A DNA stretch of 60,521 bases, the filler included, from Bipalium vagum (Eukaryota), in assembly GCA_037834085.1 (NCBI GenBank). It is 3 parts of 3 records of this genome, joined end to end, with 100 filler letters (N's around TTAATTAATTAA, not from the genome) between each part and the next. Parts side by side here need not be neighbours in the genome. Positions count along the whole stretch, not along the records: positions 39,591 to 60,521 come from JBBMKC010244362.1; 2 more parts are not named here. One strand, written 5' to 3'. The notes beneath the pieces were generated by a model that was not told where the DNA came from, searched no databases, and worked only from the letters and a program-made list of their open reading frames with translations. Shown here in pieces: positions 39,491 through 52,217 of this stretch. The first letter of the stretch is position 1; the number at the start of each line of letters is the position of its first letter. The position numbers were made by a program, and so were the translations under genes.

Positions 39491-39590
39491 NNNNNNNNNN
39501 NNNNNNNNNNNNNNNNNNNNNNNNNNNNNNNNNNTTAATTAATTAANNNNNNNNNNNNNNNNNNNNNNNNNNNNNNNNNNNNNNNNNNNN
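39491..39590. other. assembly gap with artificial six-frame stop linker
   Basis: 44N-TTAATTAATTAA-44N. Confidence 0.95.
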
Positions 39591-39600
39591 TTAAGTTCCT

Positions 39601-39677
39601 AAAAAGACCACTATCGACATTCTTAACCCAATAAACATAAAAAGTCCACTATCGATATTTTTAACCCAACTAAATAT
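39601..39677 (+). repeat. two-copy ~38-bp tandem repeat
   Basis: AAAAAGACCACTATCGACATTCTTAACCCAA and AAAAAGTCCACTATCGATATTTTTAACCCAA. Confidence 0.85.
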
Positions 39678-39849
39678 TAATCAATAACAACTATTATTAT
39701 TTATAATAAATTATCTTTTTAAATCTCTCGTCTTTTTAAAACTTAACATCAGCTTGTGGAAATTTTCATGAGCATTTTTTATAACTTTATTTGAATACAA
39801 AATAAAGAAATAATACACAATTTATTATTAACGAAATAAACAATTATTA

Positions 39850-40058
39850 TTAACGATGAACAATAAAATCTCCGCTGTTGTTGATAACTTCCTCTTATTG
39901 TCCAAAAAGTTTGTCAATGTCTCGATCATAAAATTCCTTCCGTCTTGATTCAAAGAATTCATTCAACCAAGCTCTCATTTCCACGCCATTATTGAATAAT
40001 ACGCCACACAACGCATTCGAAAGGGATTGAAAGATTTAAAAATCCGATGGTGCCCAGT
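39850..40058 (-). mobile_element. mariner C-terminal relic
   Basis: APSDF*IFQSLSNALCGVLFNNGVEMRAWLNEFFESRRKEFYDRDIDKLFGQ*EEVINNSGDFI. Confidence 0.9.
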
Positions 40059-40319
40059 ATAGAAAAATAGTAAAGAAAAAATTGAATTGTAATATATTAT
40101 TATTAGAACTTTTAACTTATTATATAATTATATTTTATTATATATTAATACTATATTATATAATATTGACTAAACATTTTTGTGTTAATTATTTTATGAA
40201 AGACGTGAAATAAAATATAACAAGAATATTAAGTGAATCTTCTACTGGAAAAAATTTGATAAATCTTTAAAAGATCATTTATCATTTATACTTAAAGGAA
40301 AGTCAGGTGAATTTGAACT

Positions 40320-40790
40320 TTGTTTATAATTTTTATAGACAGAAAAGTCAAAGGTTTGATGGACTTTATCGGAGCTGCTTTATCGTGATGAAGAATAGTT
40401 TTTCAATTTTGATAGTTTTCTCTAATTTGGAAATCACTTGAGATAAGCAAACTATTGTGTGTCATTCAGCATAAACAGTTCTGAAATTATCGTTGTCACA
40501 TGATCTGATTAGTCAAAAAACTGATAATCATTTTCTTTCCAGAACTCAATAATTTCGGGCACATCATTAATATTAATGGTTTAAACTAGCACTGATGAAT
40601 TACCCTCACGAAATTCGTTCTCCAAACTTGTGCATCAAAATTTGAATTCTACTAATTATTTATAAGCGATGTTCTTTGATTATGGCTTATTAGGAAAGGT
40701 TAAATAAAGTCGATCTACATATTTTTTCGTTGGAGTGTCACATTTAAAATCTTATTATATAATAGAACGATAATTTTCTTACAAAACATT
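40320..40790 (-). mobile_element. internally deleted mariner relic
   Basis: ENYRSII..DFK, TSLENEFREG and ILHHDKAA. Confidence 0.75.
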
Positions 40791-41499
40791 CTATTTTATT
40801 TAAATTCCATTTCAAATGTTCACCCATTTAAAACAAATTCATTAAATTAAATTTTTTCAAATGATTTGTAGTACTTCAATGTCAAATTTTAAAATTATCA
40901 ATTATAAAACGCCGATATCACTTAAGATAGTCAATTCCACAAGCTGTCCCAGTTTCGACTTAGTTTGAGAAAATTATGTCTCTTTGATATTTCTTTAACA
41001 AATTGTTTTCGGTAATTTGGATATCTTTGTGCTATCACTTAACGCCTTTATGCACGGTTTGCATTTTAGAACCGCGACGTCACTTAGAAATCTTTCAACA
41101 ATAATTTAAACTTCTGAATGTATATATTTATATTTGACAGACCAAAAATGTTTTAGAATCTTGTGTAACATTTCATATGTTGTCTATTTGACTTATTTTT
41201 ATAATATTTACTGTGTGAGTTTCATATCTTTCTTTTTATTTTGTTAATTATTGAGAAAAATTTCATTAGTATCAGATATGTATTGTTACTTTTGAATAAC
41301 CTGACAATCTTTATACAATTTTAATATTTTTAACATTTTATAAGTTAATTTTTTAACGAGATTTCTGTTTCTTTTTATTCATATTACTCATTATCTCTAT
41401 TATTAATTTTTTTCAATTTAATTTCCATTTTTTCTTATTGTATGTAAAAAGTACAAAAAGAAAAGAAAAAGAATACTTACTACTACTTTACTATACTGA

Positions 41500-42030
41500 T
41501 ATTATTTCTTATTAAAAGTTTGTTGATGGAGTTAAAACATTTATCAAACTTCTATAAACTTGTCGACACCATCTGGGAAAGTTGTTAAAAACACAAAATG
41601 ATATTGATGATATATACATTAATATTTCCCATTTAATATTTCCAAATGATATGAATATGTTACAGCTACCAGATAATACAATCTTGAACTTGAAAAAACT
41701 ATTTATACAAAGATGTTGATATTGTCACATAAACTAATCAAACTTTTTTGATTGAAAAGTTGGATCACATTTTTTATTCACCCAAATTACTATCAAGTCT
41801 CTTTTTTGACCGGTCTGTTACACCAAGTTTCTCCAATCACGTTTATCCAATGCAATCTTGTTTTAAAGGGAAAACAGTCTATTATTACTATAATTGTTAC
41901 TGATTGTGTTTTATGGCGCTGCTACACAAAAAATTGCATAAATTACAATAGATATTTTTCTATTAGAAGAAAATCCTTTTTTGAGAAATTCAAAGTACCT
42001 CTAAATAAATGTGTTCATTTAAAAAAGCAA
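41500..42030 (-). mobile_element. highly decayed mariner fragments
   Basis: Degenerate VTG(DE) region near 41810 and C-terminal DGVDKF..KC near 41550-41580. Confidence 0.4.
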
Positions 42031-43169
42031 CACTTTTGCACCATCTTTTTTTCATATTTCTTTTTGATCTTCACTTAGTTTATTTCTCCCTTTTTCACCA
42101 ATCTTGAGCAGCACAGAATATAACGAATACTCATCATTCACACACAAAAAGGAAAATCAAGACTTATCTGAGTCTAGAAAAGTTTAGTGATTTTATATTT
42201 TTAAATAATATAATTATAATTATAATTTAATAACTAATTTAATGAAAATTTTAGATGAATTACAGCATTTTATTGAAAATTATAATTAAAATTTTATAAA
42301 ACAAATTGAGAAAAAATCTTAAAGAAATGTTTTCACTTAAAAATAAAAACTTTTGAATAAAAATCGATATCAAATTTATGAATTATTAAATATTAAAAAA
42401 TCAATATTGAAAATAATGAAAAATCAATAATTAATTATTATCTGAAATTTTTATCTTTTCTATTTATTTCATGACAAAAAGTCAATTTTAATTGAAAATT
42501 TCTCAATGATACACATGTTAAAAAGTAGGTGTATGAGATAATTTTCAGTAAAATTATATTATTAAAATTATCAAAAGTAATTTTAATTTAATTTTTAAAC
42601 ATAACCGACATGATCTATCAATAACAAAATCGAAATATTGATTTTTTATTCGGAGGAAAATATTTCAAAACGTAATTCATTATTTAAATCTGGCTGATTG
42701 TCAATCTTCTACTTTTACTTCTTGTGGTATCTAGTAGTGAATTTTTGCAATATATATTTTAATGTATAATTTTTATAATCAATTTTTTATTATTATTATT
42801 TTATTATTAATATTATTATTACAATGTTGACTGGATTATATTTTTGCCATAAGATAAAAATTTCTAATTCATGTTTTCAAGGAAGCGTCAAAAAATCTTT
42901 TTAACTGATAAATTAAATATAACAGCAATTAATGTCTGAGTAAACAAAAAATAAATTTTTCTGAATGAAAATACATATTTCCAAGTATATATGTGTGGAA
43001 ATAAATTTTTATCATAAAAGCATAAAAATTTGAATATTTCCTAAAATATTAGAAATTTTATTTATTTTTTTATAATATCTATTATACTATACTATATTTC
43101 AGGAGGTCCAACTTTTCATCAATGTATGTATTTAAATATCTTTAGTTCAGGAAATAAATTATTTTAAGA

Positions 43170-44361
43170 CTGGGTGCTTACATGAAATTATCGTTATCTG
43201 GATACTCAAATATTCGGTAGTAAAATTCAATGTTTTAATGATGACTACCATATAAATTCTAATATTTGTCAAGTGTCATTAAAAATTTATCAGAAAAATG
43301 TTTATTAAGATGTTATCACTATGATTACTAATGCTATTATATTTTTGTTTTAATACTCAAAAACTGAAATCCTTATTTATTAAGTTCTTTTAATAATATA
43401 TTGGTTACTGAATATTAATTAGGTATTATTATCATAACGTAATTATTAATGAGGCTAATTAAATTTATAGTGTTACCAAAAATTTCTGTTAAATCATTCA
43501 TGAATATTTTCTTCTATAAAAGTTTTAAATGATATTAATAAAATAATTAAAGATTTATCCGGCTGTTATCAATTCAACCATCTTCTGGATTTTCAAGAAC
43601 CTGGTAAATTAAAAATGCTTGATAAATGAATACTACACTAGTCCAATGATATGCAGGAAAGTAATAGATTCGAAATTTGATCTTCTTTGATTATTCTGAA
43701 CCAATATAATCAATTTTGTCTTGAATCGTGGTAAGTGACGAGAGGTGTCCCTATATGACAATCGGCGAAGATTATTAAAATAGTTGAATGTGAATGAAAA
43801 ACCAAAACATGTCCCTAGTCAAAGCCTTCAGTCAAAGAAGATCGTGGTCACTCTGCAGCAGCATTAACTCACTATAAATTTTTAATGTGTTGAATTTATC
43901 ATAGTTTAGTCATACTGCAATGGACTTGAATTAGTGCACCATAGATTGCTTAAAAATCAACCAGTACATGTTAATAGAAATGGAACTATTTTGCTCTCAG
44001 ATAATGCAAGACAACATGTCTTGAGATTAACAGTAAAAAATTACATGATTTGAATAACCAAGTATTATCTCATGTAACTTATTCAACGGACCTTTTTATA
44101 TCAGATTTTCATATGTTCAAAGATTTTCTGCATTTCTGCAGAATACATTTCTGCTCTGTAAGATACTTTGTAATCAAGGTGACATTCCAAAGGAGTCCAT
44201 AATTCATGATTTCCATGAAAAAGTATACATAATTTATTGTCTCGACGAAAAATGTGTTGAGAACAATGTAGAATGTTTAGATGAAAAAATGTGTTCCATA
44301 GATATTTTTTTATTTAGTTCAGTTACATTTTAAAACCACTATTTCATTTGGAACAACCTAA
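43170..44361 (+). mobile_element. decayed near full-length mariner (cecropia-like)
   Basis: IVVSDER..YDNRRR, KKIVVT, NRNGTILLSDNARQHV and YSTDLFISDFHMF. Right TIR ATTTCATTTGGAACAACCTAA. Confidence 0.85.
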
Positions 44362-46345
44362 TGACTGTCTCATAATAAAAATTAGTAAGAGATATATTCT
44401 CAAATTGTAGATAGTATTAAAATTTTATAGAAAATTGTTATTCATAATTAGTTTTTCACAAAATTTTAATTGAGATTTTAATGTAAAAGAAATCGGAATT
44501 TTAAAATAATTGAAAAATAAATTATAATAATAATAATAAAATAAACAATGAGTGAATGTCATTTATTATGAATATTATTATATTTATATATATTTCCCAA
44601 TTAAAACTTCTTTAATCAATAATTAAGATATTTAAAATTAATTTATTGAGAATGTTTTGTAAAATTGATGGAAAAATAAAATTTTGATTCTGATTTTTTG
44701 TCGATAATTTAATTATTATTGGATGAAAATTGATTTATTTAAGAAACAAGTAATTCGTTAGTACTTATTCACCAGTACTCTCGTTCGGATATTTGATTCT
44801 AGGTTATATGTCCCTGCGACAATCTTGATTATCTCTTAGTCTCCGTTGTTTTTCTGCACGCATACAATTGCACGCATTATAACTTCAATAATTCCATACA
44901 ATATAAATTTTAAATTTCAGAATTCATAATTAATCTTTCTTTCACGTTCAGTATAAAATTAGTATAAAAATATTGTTTAACATTTCCTATTTACCGATTT
45001 TGTTTTATTATATCAAAAATTATTTTTTTTATAGGGAAAACAGATTGAAAAAATTAAAATATGTTAATGTACCGCTATCCATCAAATGAAAAATAAACTT
45101 CAAATAATAATTTTAGCCGGAAAAGATGAATGTAAATTATTTAAACAAATTAATTTTGTGCTACGTTAACGATGGCTTTTACTTATGTACGTCAATCAGC
45201 ATTGAAAATAATAAAATGTAAAGTTTGATTTTTTAGATTCAATAAATTTTTGGAAATTTTTTTATTATTTGAAAAATTTTATTATTTTTCCTTGGTTATA
45301 GATATTCGAACTCATTGTTTTATGTTTCAATTTTTTTCTTATCTGAATTGAATTATTATTAATAAATATAATAATTTTAGTATGATATCTGAAATTATTC
45401 ACAAACCATCTAATGAAAAGGAGAAATTATTATTTGTACACTATTTAAATTATTAATTAAAACATTCTCATTTCGAATATATCTGAGTGTTTATATTAAA
45501 TAAAATTAATTATTATTATTAGTTTTAAATAGGATTTTGTTCAGTTGCAACGGTTATATTAGTTATAGCTTTTTATGGAAATAAAAGAAATTTTATTTTA
45601 ATTTCAAGTAGTAAAATTGATAGAAATATTTTTCTATTTCATCTATAATTATCAGATGAACATTTTCAAAATGAGTTTGAATAAATAATTATTTTTAATT
45701 AATTAATTCTTTTGAAATTTAGATAATGTGACTTATAAGAAGATTAGACTTTTAAAGAAATTCTAATTATAAATGATTAATTTCTTTCAATAACTTTAAT
45801 TATTCATACGGAATTACTTTCCTCTGATCACCAATTTTATTCCAGATATTTTAAATTACTATCAAAACTAATCCACATTTTTATGGAATCGATATTTTAA
45901 AATAAAATAGGCCTAACATTGAATTAAATTATTAAAAAATAATATTATAACCTTTAATTATAATTATCTTAATATTTAAAACAAATGTGGAGTATCCCAA
46001 CATAAATAATTTTTTGACAATTCCTTTTGTGATTTTTATTTTTAAGATAATTTTTTCAATGTATCTAAATTCTACATTATGCTTCAGTAATGTAAGCGAA
46101 AATAAATTAGAATTCTTAATTTTTTGAGCAATTTTTATCCATTTCTGCTTGTTTGGACTTCTTAAATTTTATTTATATTTCCTCTAATTATATATTCACG
46201 TTAGTAAAGGAATTACAGGAAAACTATCTATTATTTAAATTTTATATATTATTATAAATCATGGTATATATTTTATATATTATATCAAAAGTCATGCTAA
46301 ATTCCAATAAATATCAATAATAATGTGTAAATTTCAAAATTATTT

Positions 46346-46346
<1 letters not shown>

Positions 46347-46408
<62 letters not shown>
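46347..46408 (+). repeat. (TTA)n microsatellite
   Basis: About 20 units. Confidence 0.95.
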
Positions 46409-46410
<2 letters not shown>

Positions 46411-46897
46411 AAAATATAAATATATTAAAAAAGAATATGGTTTTTACTTAGTAACATTATTATTTCTACTAATATATATAATTCAAGTTATATTTAAATA
46501 GATTCTGAAATTTAATTTTTTTATAAAAAACCAGCAATTACCCTTTACCAATACAATAAGAAACTATAGACTTTTCCTTGTTATATTTTTTAATGAGACT
46601 ACTTTTTAATATCTGTGCTATAATTTTTCCTAAAGGAGTTTCACTAATTTTATAAGTTTTTCAAGAAATGAATAATTTTGAAAAATTATTAATTTTAACT
46701 ACGACACATTCAATGTTTAGTTGATATAGTGAAACATTAAAAAAAATATTCAATTTTTAAAATGTTTTAAAATAAATGTAATTAATAAATAAAGTTTAGC
46801 AACGTTTAAAATTAAATGATGTGATAATACCATAACAACGATGTCTTATTTTCTGGGGCGATATTTAAAACGATTAGTAAATTGGTTAGTAATTATA

Positions 46898-47369
46898 TTA
46901 GGTTAGTGCAAAAATAATGCATCTTTTTGCATTGTTTAACTAAAGCATTTTTAACTAAACAATACACTTTAAAATCTAATTGTTATTCTTAGTAATATTC
47001 ATTTGTTTAAGAGCATTAATTAAATTATAATTTAAAGTACAATTTAAATATTTCATAATTTATTCTGCCCCATCCTCCATATTCCCCAGACTTAGCATCA
47101 ACAGACTTCCACTTTTTCAAACATCTACAAAACTTCCTTCAAGGTAAGTGCTTCAACAACCGAGCCGACGCTGAAAACGCCTTCTTGGAATTTGTGAGGT
47201 GCACACAAACGGATTTCTATGTTTCTGGTATCAACAAGCTTATTTTGCGTTGGCAGAAATGTGTGGAATCACAAGGATGTTACTTTGATTAATAAATGTT
47301 TGTTTGGTCCGACTTATGATATGCTAAGTTTGAAGTTATAAAAGATGCATTATTTTTGCACCAACCTAA
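46898..47369 (+). mobile_element. 472-bp young mariner deletion derivative (cecropia subfamily, Hsmar1/MADE1-like TIR)
   Basis: 30-bp TIRs TTAGGTT(A/G)GTGCAAAAATAATGCATCTTTT with one mismatch, TA flanks. Uninterrupted 76-codon C-terminus at 47062-47292: ILPHPPYSPDLASTDFHFFKHLQNFLQGKCF...GINKLILRWQKCVESQGCYFD*. Confidence 0.97.
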
Positions 47370-48944
47370 TAGTTTGCCAAATCTGTCTAATTTCCCAAGA
47401 TCTTTTTTCAGAACTTCCAAAAATCTTCTTTAATACGTATTTTTAGAGTATTAAGAGGATAGTGTTATTTTTTAACAATATTTATATCGTTTTATTGTAA
47501 GAAATTCAGCACTGTTTTTGAGTAATGTGAGATGTGAGCTGGTCAACTGTATAATTAATTATTCTTGATATATGTTGAAGTAAGCAAGGCTTGATACAAT
47601 CATTGTTATAGATTTGAGTACCTGAGAACCAAGGGATCTCCAGGCTGTAAAATTTTGTTCTAATTTTGCTTTTTGTCGACATTTTGAACCAATACGAGCA
47701 GTTTCACTGTTGCTGGCACAATATCCATCATTTCTTGACATTGTTTTATTGGATAAAGTGAAAAAATTTTTTCATAAAGATTAAACTTTTTATTGTAGAA
47801 ATTTCCACACAAACGACCACATGTTTTGCCTGATATTGCTTGATTTCCGTTCGTCTAGGTATCTTTTCTTTCTTAGGATATTTAAATGATAAAATTTTTT
47901 ACCTGCAAACTTATGGGATCATCATCACTACCACCAAAATGGGATTTGATTTGGTTTAGTTTTAAAACCATGATATTTCTTTCTTTTTGTGCCTTTCATG
48001 GATTTCTTTCTGCTCGTTAGTTATTGTCGTGTATTTGTAGATTGAAATAAATTGTCTGCTTTGCACATTTGTACATACGGCTTCCTAACACATATTATTT
48101 TTTAGTAATTATTATATAATTTTGACTAATATCTAAAAAGGAAATAAAAATCAATTGAATCTATAACAATAATGAGGTTTTAGTGCACATCCGTTTTTAT
48201 TAGCTAATGTGAAACCAAGATTATGAACTCTAAAGAAAAACTCAAATCCCAATAATTTGTTTGTTTAAATTAGTTCGTAGAAGTTTACCCTATAAATCTG
48301 AGAGAAGAAACGCTTTTGATCGTTTTTTCAAAAATACATTTTGAAGATAAAAATAAAAAATTCTCATTTTATATTGCTTGTGCAAAAACAATTTAATTAT
48401 CCTAATTTTCTTTAATTTAACATTCAATATGAGATAATTACATGTGGAAGATAATTATAATTTCAATAAAATTAGTTATTATTTCGTAATTTATTATTCA
48501 TAAAAGTTGTATGGATAATAAATATAATAATAATATGTAGAAATGATATGATAAGTGTGTTCATGCGGTGACATTCAGTTCCATAATTATATTTCAGAAA
48601 ATATAAAATAGCGCAATTGTTAAACCTAATTATAGTTTGATAATTGTCCACGATTTCTTCCGACGATTTCTCAACGTTTCAGATGATCATCATTTAGATA
48701 CATTTTGATCTAAGATTGTCGTGGATTATGGAGATATGCATAACATTTCATTTGAATTTTGAATTTACATATTTTTATAAGTGATATTTTATAAAAAAAA
48801 AAGTAAAATACGAAATATTATTTTATAAAAATCTCCATTTTATCATGTCCTTCCTTTTTAATATTGTTATATGTCATTTATTAAAGTTTATAAATTAAGA
48901 ATTTTCCTATAACATAAATATATATATAACAATATAAATAAATA

Positions 48945-49830
48945 TTAGGTTGCATCAAAAGTTTCCGTCAATTCAAAATTCACACGAACTATAATGAAAA
49001 AATAATAATAAAATATAATCTATTATTCTTAAAAATAAGAACAGTTATTATTTACAACATTTTGCTATATTTCGGCAATTTTTTTATTTGTTCAATGTAT
49101 TAGTCTTTAGATTTTTACGCATAGAATTTACTGCAAAATTTCTCTACTTGTTCATGATTAACAAACCACTGTCCTTTCAAAAGGGTCCCATCAATCTAAA
49201 AAGGGGAAAATCTGATAGGAACGTTCTAGACTATTAAGAGGATGAGGCAAGAGTTCAATCACATCAATTGTTTTAAATTTATCTTGCGTCAAACGTGCCT
49301 TATGAGCTGGCTCATTGTCATGCTGACAATGAACTCGCTTTCTATTGATTAAACTTGGATTTTTTCTTTTCAAAATTTCATTTACGCTGTTCAACATTTA
49401 AACAAGAAAACCTCAACAATCATATTGCGATAATGTCGTACAAAAACCAAATGAATTACACCTTCATAATCCCACCATAAACCTTTTCCCAAATCGATTG
49501 ATTTAAACTTTTGTTTCAGCAGGTTGCCGTGTAACATCGAATATTTACTTTTCCATTGACAGTCTGACTTTATGATAACTGATGCGGATCTAATTTAGGT
49601 TGTTTATAGTTTTCTCAGGTGTCTGTTAATGGTGTCTTTAACATCGTAGATAAATTGCTTATGAATGCATATAGATGGATCAATTATCGTGTAGAACCTC
49701 TTTATTTTCTCAGAAGGCCTTCCTTCTTCAAGACTGGTATCTCCGATTTTAAAATTGTTTAACATATCTGAGACTGTGCTATATTCAACATCTTCTTCTT
49801 CAATATCACAAGTATTCCCTGTAGTAGGGA
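48945..49830 (-). mobile_element. decayed mariner
   Basis: TIR TTAGGTTGCATCAAAAGTTTCCG at 48945. ORF 49191-49397 has PSLINRKRVHCQHDNEPAH..ELLPHP. N-terminal F..GDTSLE near 49730. Confidence 0.85.
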
Positions 49831-51086
49831 TTAAAAGAAAAGGAGATGAAAAGAACCATACATAAGATTAAATATTTGATTAAAAAAATATAAATGTTTA
49901 AAAACAAGTTAAAAATTAAAAAAACCGTTACTTATTTTGTATGAGACTTAAAAATGAACTTTATTTCAGGAGGTAATTTTTATAAAATATTTTGCAATCT
50001 GAAATATATATACAAAAGAAAAATGAAAGTTTTTAAAAATTTGCAGATAAACAAATAAACAAAAATAAATTAATGGACTCTTGGCTGAGCAAATTAGAAT
50101 AATTTAATAGGACATTTCTCTAAAAAAAATTCTAAACTCTTAAGTAAAGTATATGTTACTTGAAAAATCTCAATATAAAAAAAATGATACTTAATAAATG
50201 TATATTATAAGAAACGTTTAAATTACGTACGATATTATATCGAAATTTAATTTTGATTTTATACATTAAACAAACAATTATGTGTTTTTATTAAAATAAT
50301 TTTTTAATTATAAACAAAAAATTTATTTTTTACTAACAGTTAATTAACTATAATTTTTTTTCGTTTTGATTACGAGTATTTTTTGTTAACAAATGATTAG
50401 TTTTAATGAATTGCTAGAGGTGTAAATCAATGTAAAAATAAATGGACAAGAGTGGTATCTTTAAGATTTCCTTACGTAAGTAATTTAATTTATTTGCAAT
50501 TCATTTATTTCCATTTCATGGATCATGAAAAATGACCTTTGTAATGAGAATACGGAGGTTGTAAGAATTTTAATTTATTCAAATACAAAATATAATTAAA
50601 ATGCGGGATATATTTTACTTATTAAATTTATTCAAATTTTAATAATTTTTAATAAAAAAATTATTATATTTATATTTTAAATATTTTTACTTTTCTTTTA
50701 CCATATATTTTATTTGAATCGTTTTTATGATAAATATTTTTAAAAAAAAACTTAAATATATTGTTTAATATTAAATAACATCATTATTAAAAATTGTCGT
50801 TATTTTTTCGTTGTATTAGATTTCGAATTGAATTAACATTTGAATTGCGCTGGGATTTCAAGTTGAACACAAAATAATTTGATGTCCACTGACCATTTTT
50901 CTGCTTTATTTCTCAGTTTTTCTTTTTATTTATTTAAATTTATTCTTCTGATAATTATCTTTCATGTTCATTTTATTGTGTCTCTTGACTTCTTACATTA
51001 TTTTACTTTTTATAGTCAGAAAGGTCATAATAGAACATTATTTATTATTTTTCAAAATTTTTATCATATATAATTTTTTATTTAAA

Positions 51087-51360
51087 TAAATTTTATTATT
51101 TTTAGATTATTTTTAATCAGGATAAAAAAATTTTTTTATTGTTCCATTTGTTAATATAAGAAACTTTTAAATGTTATTATAAAAAAAATAATATTATATT
51201 ATATATTATATTTTTTATAATTTTATATTTATTTTAAAAATATTATATTATATTTTTAATAATAACATTTAAAAATTTCTTTGTTTTTTATATTACCAAA
51301 TAGGACAATAAAATAATTTTTATCCAGATTAAAAATATTCTAAAAATAATAAAATTTTTA
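51087..51360. repeat. AT-rich imperfect inverted repeat (about 100-bp arms), foldback/MITE-like
   Basis: Left arm TAAATTTTATTATTTTTAGATTATTTTTAATCAGGATAAAAA...TTGTTCCATTTGTTAATATAA...TTTAAATGTTATTAT matches the reverse complement of 51250-51360. Confidence 0.85.
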
Positions 51361-52163
51361 TTAATAGTTTCTTGATTAATAATAATAGAAATTATTATAT
51401 TTTTATTATTATTAAAATTGAATAAAAACATATTATATAACTTTAATTACGGTGAACCATGCTAATGTTATACAAAACAGATAAAGAATAATAAGTAATT
51501 CTAAAATCGTTATTTGATCGAAACAATGATGTGACAATTATGAAATATCTCAAAAAGAATCACAAAAATCATCAGTTTTAATATACTACTTCACTGTTCT
51601 CAAATTTCTCAAACCACTAGGCAAAATAATCACAACTTCATTCAACTGTCTCCATGTAGATCGCAGATTCTCAATTCCTCAGAATCCACAAAATAACCAT
51701 TTTGATAAAACCAAAAAATACAACAAATTAGTAATTATTAAGAATCTATTACTGTTAGTTAACCGAGAAATTTCTCAAAGCCAACTTTACTCAGGCCCAA
51801 CGGTAGACAATCTCAGTCTTTCATACTACTCACAAGCCCCCAGATAGGGAGATCATGATATCTACCAACCTTTACACAATACAATTATGACAATTTAATG
51901 TTAAACAATCCTCTTCAATTTTCTTCAACATAATTTTAATGTTTTCTTTCTACAATTTTAAATAATTTTCTTCCAAAATTTTCTGTTTTCTTCAATTTAA
52001 TTTCTAAAGTTCCTAAATTCTGTGAACTATATTTATGGCTTTTAACAGCTAATCTCTTAGAATTAAAAGACAACCCCTAAATCGTAGCATAAGAAAAAAG
52101 GAAACTATATTTTTTTAATTATGGAATTAGTTTTCATCTACACTAATGGGAGCAAAAGAAAAG

Positions 52164-52164
<1 letters not shown>

Positions 52165-52217
<53 letters not shown>
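52165..52217 (+). repeat. (TTA)n microsatellite
   Basis: About 17 units. Confidence 0.95.

Noticed and set aside
51450-52100. Possible decayed LINE (STWRQLN, PWLT-like motifs) on the minus strand
   Set aside because: Too degenerate to support without a database search.
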